DNA of 64,000 nucleotides from Ruditapes philippinarum (lineage: Eukaryota), in contig NW_026866518.1 in NCBI RefSeq assembly GCF_026571515.1, positions 434,001 through 498,000 on the forward strand, given 5' to 3'. Shown here piece by piece: positions 38,101 to 48,603 of the stretch. Position 1 is the stretch's first letter. Each line of letters starts with the position of its first letter. Made by a program: the position numbers and the translations under genes. Under the pieces are notes generated by a model. It saw only the letters and a list, made by a program, of their open reading frames with translations. It had not been told where the DNA came from and ran no database searches.

Positions 38101-41100
38101 AATATCCAAAACTTCAGCATGTGTTGCTGAAATATTGTATATCATGTTAAAAATAAAAAATAAAAACACCCAAGCTTTTATCTGAATTAAATCAAGTCAT
38201 GTACAGATCTGTCCGGACACATGGTACTGTAGTGTAGACAATTTAGGTAATTTTGATACCCTCCTTGTCGAACCTCAGATATAAGTGTCAATACAATCAG
38301 AAATAAACAAACAAGTTAGTTAGTTAGGAGAAGAACTTAGCTGAAACGTGTCGAATTTTTTTATCTCTAGGTTAAAAATTATGAAATCTGTACGGAAAAA
38401 TGTTCAAAAACTGTCCGGTTGATGGTCCAAAACCAGTAGTTGATAAAAAAATTCTGCAATGTCTCTAAATTTTTTGTGAAAAAAACAAACAAAACTTCTT
38501 TGTGTATAATAATTTCTGTCTTGTCCATTTAATTTTAATTAACCCTGACCACTCGAAATATCAGAAATGGAATTGCCCATTTTTGATCTGGACAAAACCA
38601 TTCACCATTTTAAGGGAACATTTCTTAGTACAGAAGAAACCTACAAAACCGGATCTCCATTTAACCGGAATCCTCAGTAAACTGGACATTTCTGTATATA
38701 CTGTTTCAATAAGGAATAGTGCAGATCATGATTAGATGGCACATCAGGCAGACTATAGTAAGAATGACAGAAACATTACACAGGTATAATATGCCTTGTT
38801 AACAATTTAATATAGTGAAAAATAAGTTCATAATGTAGGGAAAGGAGCCATTCCCTTAAATTTGGGACAAAAAACAACAACACAGTAGTTTAGCAAGGTG
38901 AAAAGACGTAACTTGATGTAAATGAATTTTAGGAAAAATGCACGATTTTACTGAATTCTTCTGAAGGGAAGTAGTTCTTGCACGTCCCCTGCTACAGAAG
39001 GGGAAAAACTAGATCAATCATTTCTATGGCCACATGAATTCAATAAAATCTCAAAGATTTATTCTACTCTGTACAATTTCTGGTTTGTTTGATTTGGTTT
39101 AATGTCAAACTGACACAGCATAGGTCATATGGCAACATTCTAGCTTTACTGGTGGAGGAAGACCTCAGGTGCCTTTCTTTTAGGTGTTTTTTATTTCAAG
39201 CACAAACAGGCACCTTAGAAGAACCAGTCCACCAACGCTCAGTTTGCCAGCTGGATAGCTTACTCAAATGAAAGAATCCAAAGTCCCTGTCGAGATACGA
39301 ACCCAAAGCAGCGAGGGGCAAGTGATTTGAAGTCAACGACCTTAACCACTCAGCCACGGACACCCAACAATTTCTGGTTAGAATATATCACAAGTGCATC
39401 CTATAAACCAGTTTATCATATTTTTTTTTTTTCTGGAGAACCATTTACATTCAACATACCTTGTAAAATAAAAGTATTCCAAAAATACTTAGGCCAAAAT
39501 TCACATGTAAATATCTCAGTCATGTTGTCACAAAGAAAAATGATGCCTAAAATTTATGCAAGAAAAATACCAGGTAATCTTGCTGTGTCTGTGTTAAAAA
39601 GAATATTTTTCTTTAAAATAATTTGTTTATTTTTTATCATAATAAAGCTATTTACTTCAATTGTCCAATTAATGTTGCAGGAATATATTAACAACTTTGT
39701 TAATAAAAACTTACCGAAGATGCAAATTCCAGAGTAAATTGCTTCTTTACATGCTCAGGTAATCTGGAAAATGTGAAGGATAAATGTATAATAGCTATAA
39801 CAACATTTAGTCATCTGTACATTAAAGGGGCTCTCCTGAAGTTTTGTGACAAGGAACTAGTACTGACTAGATATATTTTTTTCCAAGACATGTGTAACAC
39901 TTAATGCATGTCTGGACATATAACTTGTGTGCGAAATTTCAGAATAATTAGACTGAAGATTGATGTTACATAAAGAATTATTACATATAGATAGGCATCG
40001 GTCAAAATCCATGCTATAGACTATAGTTATGGGCTATGAAAAGCGACCTCCAATTGAAATGACAGTCACATAATACTCATTTTTCATTGTCACGTTCAGC
40101 TGAATTGACAATAGATTGCAAAAGATTGACTGTTATAATGGTGATTGACCAATAGTTGATAGTGGAAAATATTAAGGATAAAATATCAATCTGCCTAAAA
40201 TATAAAAATACTGCCCAACTCTTTATAAATTGAATGCTACAGGTAAATTCTGATGGATATTTACAAAAATTCCTTGGGCTACTGTATCTGAGTTATTTAT
40301 CGTTCATGCAAAGTAAATTATAAAATTACAAGGAATTATGGCAAAATGTAAACTTCTGTTGACTTCTACCTGTTTACTCACTATATACCCTTTGAAGGAC
40401 ATAATGTGTTACTTTAATATCTTGGTGACTAGGATAACATTATTATTCTATCAAGCTTGGACAGCCTGGTTCTTTTTTAACAATACAGATATTACGAAAA
40501 AACTTTCTCTACATTAAGGGTAGATAACTACATGTATCAACATACTACCATATATGCTTAGTAATTATAGTGTCAGTCATCAAATTCAGCACTGGCCTGG
40601 TGGCCCATGGCCAGTGAAAATTAGTTTGGGCCAATGAAAATTTTAAGAAAATTTAGTTAAATATATAGTAAAATAAATTCAGAACTGAATTCGGGCTAGT
40701 AAATTCAAAATCTTAAATTCATTGACTGTAGTGTGAGTAAACCGAAATGAACAATGGTGATTTTTTAGTAGATGCTCGCTCAAGGAACATTTCTGTAAAA
40801 TAATAAAAAGAATCTGGGTTTTTTTTTTAACATGGATAATTTAAACATTTAATTTGTTTCCTTTTTATAGGTTTTGTTTATTTTTCAAAATTGCAAAAAG
40901 TAACCAGACTAAAATTTTCCTAATTTCAAATTCTGAAAGGAATACTGAGATATTTTTTTTCTCCTGAATTGTATTAAATGCTGTCTTTGCTTTCTTATTT
41001 CAACAAAACTTACTCATTAATCTCAGGAATATGGCTGTACTTGAACTGAATTTCTGATAACTGAAGTGGCTCCTGTTTTACAAGATCCTCTGAAAATATA

Positions 41101-44100
41101 GAAATGAGACTATTATAATAGTGGATCCTTAATTTTCCATTGTTATTTACTTCAAATGGAATAATGTACGTCTTTCACAAATCAAAAAGGCATGGGCCTT
41201 TTGACAATACTAAATTTAAATTTGGATGAAAACAATACATCATAAATATTAAACAAGAGGGCCATGATGGCCCCGAGTCGCTCACCAGAAACAACTGCTT
41301 TTCAGTGTTGGAATGTCAATATATTCTCGCATAGAATATGTTTAAAAAATAATTTGAAGAAATGCCATGACCTGGGACATTTAAGCTTTAGCTTAGACAG
41401 GGCTAATCAAATTAATATGAGCAAACTTGATAAAAGACTACCTAAGACTGCTACAAAGTTTGGTGATCATCTATCAATTATTTCAGTAGGAAATGATGTT
41501 TTAAGGTTTTTTCTATTTTTAGCTTTAGTGGCCCCTAAAAGGGGCTAATCAAATTCATATAAGCAAAATTGATAAAAGAGTACCCAAGAATGCTACAGAC
41601 AGTTTGGTGATCATCCATCAATTGGTTCTGAAGTAGATGTTTAAAGGTTTTTCTATTTTTAGCTTTAGCTGCCCCTAAAAGGGACCAATCAAATAAATGT
41701 GAGCAAACTTGATAAAACACTACCCAAGAATGCTACAGACAAAGTTTGGTGATCATCCATCAATTAGTTCTGTAGGTGAAGATGTTTAAAGGTTTTTCTA
41801 TTTTTAGCCCTAGAGACCCTTAAAAGGGGCCAATTAAATTCATATGAGCAAACTTGATAAAAGACTACACAAGAATGCTACAGACAAAGTTTGGTGATCA
41901 TCCATCAATTAGTTCTGTAGAAATAGATGTTTAAAGGTTTTTCTATTTTTAGCTTAAGTGGCCCCTAAAAGGGGCCAATCAAATTCATATGAGCAAACTT
42001 GATAAAAGACTACCCAAGAATGCTACAGACAAAGTTTGGTGATCATCCATCAATTAGTTCTGTAGGAGAAGGTGTTCAAAGTTTTTTTCTATTTTTAGCC
42101 TTAGAGACCCCTAAAAGGGGCCAATCAAAATAATATTAGCAAACTGAATAAAAGACTACCAAAGAATGCTACAGACAAAGTTTGGTGATCATCCATCAAT
42201 TAGTTCTCTAGAAATAGACATTTAAAAGTATTTTTAGCTTTAGCGGCCCCTACCAGGGGACAATCAAGTTAATATGAGCAAACTTGATAAAACACTACCG
42301 AAGAATGCTACAGACAAAGTTTGGTGATCATCCATCAATTAGTTCTGTAGGAGAAGATGTTTAAAGGTTTTTCTATTTTTAGCCCTAGAGACCCCTAAAA
42401 GGGGCCAATCAAATTCATATGAGCAAACTTGATAAAACACTACCCAAGAATGCTACAGACAAAGTTTGGTGATCATCCATCAATTAGTTCTGTAGAAATA
42501 GATGTTTAAAGGTTTTTCTATTTTTAGCTTTAGTGGCCCCTAAAAGGGGCCAATCAAATTCATATGAGCAAACTTGATAAAAGACTACCCAAGAATGCTA
42601 CAGACAAAGTTTGGTGATCATCCATCCATTAGTTCTGTAGAAGAAGATGTTTAAAGGTTTTTCTATTTTTAGCCCTACTGACCCCTAAAAGGGGCCAATC
42701 AAATTAATATGAGCAAACTTGATAAAAGACTACCCAAGAATGCTACAGACAAAGTTTGGTGATCATCCATCAATTAGTTCTGTAGAAGAAGATGTTTAAA
42801 GGTTTTTCTATTTTTAGCTCTGCTGACCCCTAAAAGGGGCCAATTGGAATGACATGAGCAAATTCAAGTGTGACTGTCACAAGGATGCTACAGACCAAAT
42901 TTGAAGTAAATCTGCCCAGTAGTTTCAGAGAAGAAGACGATTGTTGACGCATGACGACGGACACCGGAGCATCCCCCTTTGATACTAATAGCTCACCCTG
43001 AGCCTTCGGCTCTGGTGAGCTAATAAATGGAAATTTAATCAGAATAACAGAACTATACTTTATCAAAGTTAAAGTTTACATGATAATAATGCTATAGCAC
43101 ATAAATATTTGGAAATATTAAATTAAAAATGTTATAAAATTTGAGAAATTCTTTTTCAAGATGAGCAATATTATCACAGATGTTATGATTTGATGAATGA
43201 GAGAACATGCAAAAATTTGTCAAAATTACTTATAACCACTCAAAAATTGTTAAATAAATACGAAAATTTATTTGTATTAACTCAAATAATATGTCATATA
43301 TGACCACCAGCTGCTATATTTTAACTCAAGACTACATACATGTACATTAGTCATGAAAATATTGCATCTGGTGTTCCCTCCATTTAATATATTTCAATCT
43401 TACATGCAAAACAAACAAACATCCCTTATGCTTTATTCCAGCTCTAGTGACTTGTAACATTTTTGCTTATAACTTAACACCCACAAACAATTCATTACGA
43501 ATAACTGCTTAAGTTTGGTTTTTAGTTGGTGTGAATTGAAGGAACTCCACTGAGGTTTCTTGACATGACAGGACTGAAAATAATTTTTCTAGATGATGTA
43601 GGTCAAGAACAATAATGTGTGAAAAATTTCAGATCATCTGACCACTCAGTTTTTCCAGAACAATTATTCTAAATGTGGGAAATGACTTGAACTTGAAAAG
43701 CGTTGCAACCCATTTCACTCAAACCAGGCTAGGAATAGCATAAAATTCGATCTTCAACTTGTCTCCGAGTATATTGCTTAATTATCTTTTTGTTCTAAGT
43801 GACCCATCTGATCTATATCATAATAGTTTCAAATATTTTTGACAGGTTATATGGCCATATAAATATATTGCAACCGTTTATATATGGTCATACAACCTGT
43901 CAGGAATATTTATAACAAATTTATCATACAGCAAACTTCCTTTTTTGAGAAAAAGTGAAATTGACAGCAGTATATCTAATGATGGTAAAATTATTTTGTT
44001 TTCAAACGCTTACGATCACGTTACTGTTGAAGTTACTCAATGCCACATGACCATGGAGCTAAATATAGATGGAGAAGTAACTGACCTCACACAGCTGTTC

Positions 44101-47100
44101 CTGGTTTTAACTGGTTTGCAATGATTGCATACATTATAATTCGCTCAAAAGGAAATATGCCAACATATTTCTTTTCCAAAATTCAAACAAAGTTTTGTAA
44201 ACTTCAGGCATTTATACACTTCAAATACAAACGATAAGTTTGACGTCACTATTATTCAATGAAAAGCGATGTCACAAATGTGCAGTATTATAAGGAATTC
44301 AAATCTTATATTTCTAGGCATTTTGGACTTCAGTGGAGTTCCTTTAAAATCCAACAGAATTGCAGATACATGTCACATATTTATTTATTAAAATACTACC
44401 TGAATAATCAAAATTGAGGGGCTTTAAATGTGACACATCTATTCTCTTCCTATATCCACGAGTCTGTAGTGGCTGTAGATGTTCCACTGCAAAAGAAATA
44501 ATAATTCAACAAAACAAGAACGATGACCCCAATTTTTTTTAGCTTAAAATTTTTCTGTTATCATATTTTAACAACATGCCAAGTTTAAAGAAATTTTATA
44601 GAACAGTTTTAATTTTGCCTGTATGTCTATATGAAAACTCCCGAAAATGTCCCTAATAAATTATTGCAGACTCCTAAACACATTTTAGTCCAACCAATAC
44701 AAGAAGAATTTCTGACTTTCTGTTTTTGCTGTTGTTACGCTTTTTTTAGCCAGGATGCACACCAAGCACCTTGTGTCACGGCTCGATAAACAAACTGTAA
44801 AATGCTGAAGCCTGAATCTAATTTCTTAATTAACTCGGAATCTTTTGAAAAAATTTAAAACTCTTTCCATTTTTGTAACGTAAACATCTAACTAATTTTT
44901 GTTAATTTAAATCAGATATCAATCTTGAGACTGCAGCACTCTCATTGGCGAACTGTGACTAAAACAACAAATCACATTACAACTTTCAAAATTTAACGTG
45001 TGATCCTATAAAAAAAAAACGCTTTGGAAATGATTTTCTTGTGTATTGTTTATAATGTGACGCAGAGCACAGGTAAATCTATCCTTATTTTATTAAATCT
45101 ATATATATAATATAAGCAAGGGATATAAGTTGTGACCTCGCAATACCAGCAGGGTTCGTTAAATGCATTCACATGTGTAAACTGTATAAAATATCCTCTA
45201 TTCCGTCGAAGTTTATTGTAGAAGTTAATATATGAACAAGTCATTACACAAGTTCTACTACAAACTCTTCATTAAAACCTGTTACATTGCAGGAAATAAC
45301 TAACATTTCAATATTTACATTGGCTGTCAAATTGTCGTACATTATGCAGGTGTGTTTATGTTTCTTAATTTTCATTGGCTGATGAAAAAACCTGCTATCT
45401 GTCCCGGCTATAACCCATCATTATCCGGATTATTACTATTTATTAGCCAATGAAATTGACGGTCACCAGTGTTTTTTTTCACCAAAATATTCGGCGAAAT
45501 TCGGTCCCATTCCCCCCCTCAAAATAGTGTTTTTTCCCCCCCTCTAAGCCTAAATTTCCCCCTATATGGCAGCCCAAATTTTCCTGCAATGACAGGGCTT
45601 TTTTTCACAGGTTGGGGAAGCAGCCCAGCCCCTAATTTTGGGGAAAAATCTCACGGTATATTTGCAAAAGGGGAAGAAAAAACTTGATGTAAATTCAATT
45701 TTTGGGGAAAACTGCATGATTTTAAAGAAATTTTCTTTGGGGAAGCAGCCCCATACCGGCCCCTGTTATAGAAGGAAAAATGGCCCTGAATGAATACAAA
45801 TGTATCACTTTTTTTGCAACTAACTGCTGAAAAATGTTTCATTTTATGCCTGTAAGAGTTACTGTTAAGCAAGGTTGTTTACAAATCGTTCTCTGGTAGG
45901 TAAGGGGAGCCGGCGACCATCAAGTTTAACATGCGACACATCGATATTTTAGACCCGTATATTAAGAAAAAGACATATTTTAAACTTGTGTAGCAAGAGT
46001 TGCTCCCCTTTTCCACCGCAAAGAAAACAATATAAAATAAGTAATCAAATAAAATTTCCCCTCCTATTGCATTTTTCCCTCTCCAAAGGGCACCGACCCC
46101 CTTCCCCCAAAAGTGAAAATAAACACTGGTCACTAATAGAAGTTGGGTTTACGCAAGGAACATACGGCCACATTCAAAATGGAAGCTGAGGACAGAAACT
46201 ATCAAAACAAACAAAAATTGTTACAATGATTTGTACCAGAAGTTAATGATTGCATCATTGGAGGTGGTATATGATTGATATTTAACCGATTACATGATTA
46301 AACTTTTTATATAAGCATATTTTTAATAATATCTTGTCCATGTATCAAAGTGAGTCATTTTTTTTTAAATTATTGATTCTTTCATGAATGTCTAGATTCT
46401 TTCATGAATGTCTAACAATCAAAAGAAGAAAAAAGCAGTTATTTACTGCATTCTTTTTACTTTTTCATGAATTGAGCAATTTTGAGTTGTATCCCTTGTT
46501 ATAATATTAATTATTATATATAGGGCCTAGTGGGAAAAAATGACAGAAGCACCTGTGATGCAAAGTAATTTTTAAGTTCCAAATTTCAGTGACTTTTTGT
46601 TTAATTTCCAGATTTTTTTCTATGGCAATTATTGACGTGAAAATCCGTGGAAAAGCTTGGAAAAACATCCCTGCATCTGAATTTTTTTTTTCAATATTAT
46701 GACAACAAATTCTTACATTAAAACCATAGTTAGTGATATTAACTTTTTTGTAATAGCTTTTATCATGTCATTACATTGATTTCTGTTGATAAAGTGCATG
46801 CCTGATAAACCTAGCTTTATCAGTCACCCCAAGCTTTATCAGACACCTCATCAATACACATTTTGACCTTGACGGAACTACTTTTTTCGGGTCATTTCCG
46901 GTCTACTGTTTACATTGGATACTACAAATACTACATATTTTGAAACGATAAAAATAAAACATTTTAAAAACACAAAACAAATTGTTACTGTTTTATTTTT
47001 ATTTTGTTGTATTGCTTCACACTTTTAATAAATTATCAGTCCGCAATCCATCCACTGGACCATCAGCTACAGTTACACCGTCAGATTCTCCATCGCCTTT

Positions 47101-48360
47101 TACAGATCAAACTGGCACTGTTACAAATAAGTCATTAGAGTCCATTTCCATATCTCATTCTGCAGTTTCAACGGAGTCACATGGCCAAATGAATCCTGGC
47201 CAAATCAGTTACCCCACCCACTCATCACAGCAGATTGCTTTATCCAGCAACAGCTTAAATTCCATATTTTATGGCGCAGTATTGCATGTCAACAACCTGA
47301 ATGTTTATTCAAGTCGGTAAATTCACTTTAAAAAATATAAACACTTGACGATGAACTGGCAAACTTAAAATTTCCATTTTCCGTGAAATCAGCTGTTCAA
47401 CACTGTTCAACGACATTTTCAAATCTTGTTTACTTTGTGTTTTCTCATATCCTGTTCATTAATGTAACACTGATATGTCTCATGAAACGCTTGATATTGA
47501 ATAAAAACACGTAATCTTATTTTGTGAATTGATAAATCCATTTAACCCAGACATTTTATCCAATTTTCATCTATCGATTTCGCTCGTTCAACGTTCGTAG
47601 TCCATACGTCGGTAAATTCAAGATGGCGACATGAAACCAAAATATCAAAAATATGCGAAATTTGCGAAATGAAATAAAAAGAATGGAATATTTTTTCCTG
47701 CTACTGGGTTGGAAATATTTAACTGATAAACTTTGAATCGAATAGAAATTTTGAATATGAACGCGTCACTTACAATTAACTAAAACATTCGGGACTATTT
47801 CTTTTTGATTTGACATTTCACATATTATTGCGTGCCGTCTGAACACCAGAGGTTCTGGATAGGGTTTTGCTTCAATTAAAATATAAAAAAATCAAACAAC
47901 AATTGAAATTGACAACATGATAAATAGAATACCAAACAAGTGTCTGATATTATAAAATTTATCAGGCTCGGCACGAAAAAAAATGAAGAGCTCGGCAGAG
48001 CCTCGCCCTTCATTTTTTTTCTTAGCCTTGCCTGATAAATTTTATAATATCAGACACTAGCATGGTATTCTCTATTTATCGATACCAATGATAGCTGTTT
48101 ACATTTTAGAGTCTGCAATCTTTTATTGAGATCATTTGATTGAAAATGTTATTTTCTTAAATTCATTTATGGGCGAATCGTCTGAAGGGCGAATCGTTAT
48201 CAATTCGTAACGGAGTGTTAGTGTTATCATTGAATTCTTTACCTTTAAAATTAATTACTGTGTAGTTAATTGGTACATATAAACGATGAAGTATTGCAGG
48301 TGAGTTTACTAATGTCAAAAACTGACATAGTTTAGGTCTTAAAATATTCGAAAAGGCCAT
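32111..48360 (-). CDS. MRPS15: Mitochondrial small-subunit ribosomal protein uS15m, ~314 aa, 7 exons
   Basis: Exons 48360-48243, 44486-44400, 41089-41014, 39763-39715, 37644-37560, 36060-36002 and 32581-32111, all GT-AG with matching phases (945 nt). Acid-free presequence MAFSNILRPKLCQFL; S15 core LPEHVKKQFTLEFAS...LEKEICFLTIKIRNM...NKKHKAHLIERIAKRKKTLKKLRALDYDRFLWLLKELKL. Confidence 0.93.
32697..32830 (-). mobile_element. SINE 3' fragment (family of the 20256 copy)
   Basis: ATGGCGACTTTCCAGCTTTCCTGGTGGAGAATAACCTCAGTTGCCC matches the family core. Confidence 0.65.
33100..35170. repeat. 43-bp minisatellite, roughly 43 copies, in the last intron of MRPS15
   Basis: Unit TTGACATTATGCCAGTCATTTAGCCCATGTTTAGCATCAGTGG; period measured 33361 to 33404. 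Confidence 0.97.
33779..34000 (-). mobile_element. tRNA-derived SINE (second family) inserted in the 43-bp array
   Basis: Minus strand has A box GTGGTCGAGTGG, B box GGTTCGATCCCC and an (AAAC)n tail; flanked by duplicated TT(A/T)AGCATCAGT. Confidence 0.88.
35271..35552 (+). mobile_element. Short Helentron/HINE-like element with a single internal unit
   Basis: AACTAGAACAGTGTC...CACGGATGCCCCC start, GACAGACGTACGGACGGA microsatellite, CCCCAC-TTT-GTGGGG hairpin then GCATAAAA. Confidence 0.8.
36238..36450 (-). mobile_element. tRNA-derived SINE, degenerate copy
   Basis: GGTGGAGGAAGACCTCAGGTGC core, CTCACATGAAAGAA and a decayed B box. Confidence 0.75.
37824..38436. mobile_element. Non-autonomous TIR DNA transposon with TA flanks
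   Basis: Left TA-CTGGTTGGGGACCACCAAAACCGGACA; right end reverse complement TA-CTGGTTTTGGACCATCAACCGGACA. Confidence 0.75.
39083..39365 (-). mobile_element. tRNA-derived SINE, near full length
   Basis: Minus-strand head GGGTGTCCGTGGCTGAGTGGTTAAGGTCGTTGACTTCAAATCACTTGCCCC...GGGTTCGTATC, shared core, AAAC tail. Confidence 0.88.
41251..43023 (+). mobile_element. Non-autonomous Helentron/HINE element with an internal 145-bp tandem array (~10 copies)
   Basis: AACAAGAGGGCCATGATGGCCC start with subterminal GCTCACC; period 145 (GAGCAAACTT at 42421, 42566, 42711); GACGACGGAC microsatellite; 3' hairpin AGCTCACCCTGAGCCTTCGGCTCTGGTGAGCT. Confidence 0.85.
43540..44343. mobile_element. Non-autonomous Kolobok-like DNA transposon
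   Basis: 14-bp TIR AGGAACTCCACTGA / TCAGTGGAGTTCCT with TTGA and TTAA flanks. AG termini plus a TTAA target fit Kolobok. A related right end is at ~54188-54212. Confidence 0.7.
45467..46128. mobile_element. Non-autonomous TIR element with a 5-bp TSD (GTCAC)
   Basis: TIR CAGTGTTT(T/A)TTTTCAC, 15 of 16 identical; GTCAC at 45462-45466 and 46129-46133. Confidence 0.85.
45593..45788. mobile_element. Nested 196-bp MITE with a 5-bp TSD (AATGA)
   Basis: CAGGGC...GCCCTG ends followed by T-rich TIR; AATGA at 45588-45592 and 45789-45793; internal GGGGAA(G/A) repeats. Confidence 0.8.
46752..48080. mobile_element. Putative non-autonomous element with a long terminal hairpin (possibly Crypton-derived)
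   Basis: About 160-bp foldback at 47919-48080 around GAGCTCGGCAGAGCCTCG; left TTTATCATGT is complementary to ACATGATAAA before the hairpin; internal Ser/Thr-rich ORF fragment. A similar architecture lies at ~36995-37382. Confidence 0.45.
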
Positions 48361-48603
48361 CAATGTTTTACTGTTTTCATCAAGGTTAAAAAGCGCTTGA
48401 AATGAAATGCATTGTGGGATTACATTATGTTGACCCGGAAGTGAAACCCCTAGCAACATACGGCGTACTCGATCATCCGGGCTATTCTCATTTGGTTGCT
48501 TGACTACACCAAACAGTTGTAACTTCCATGTTGTTTACAATTCCGATATAACTTAGTTTTAGTGGAAAATCTCTTTAAATAAATTAAAGATAAGTAAGTA
48601 AAG
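48361..48603. promoter_or_regulatory. Bidirectional promoter shared by MRPS15 and PACRG
   Basis: 243 bp between divergent ATGs. Contains the ETS/GABP motif CCGGAAGTG (48435-48443) and RFX X-box-like motifs CCCCTAGCAAC (48447-48457) and GTTGCTTGACTAC (48495-48507). Confidence 0.8.

Noticed and set aside
39300-39365. tRNA genes at SINE heads (also ~20450-20520, ~33925-33995 and ~54300)
   Set aside because: A and B boxes are present but there is no closed cloverleaf, and the first three continue into a SINE body and tail.
46982-47320. Independent protein-coding gene in MRPS15 intron 1
   Set aside because: Non-ATG start, no partner exons, and embedded in a putative mobile element; kept only as a possible remnant.
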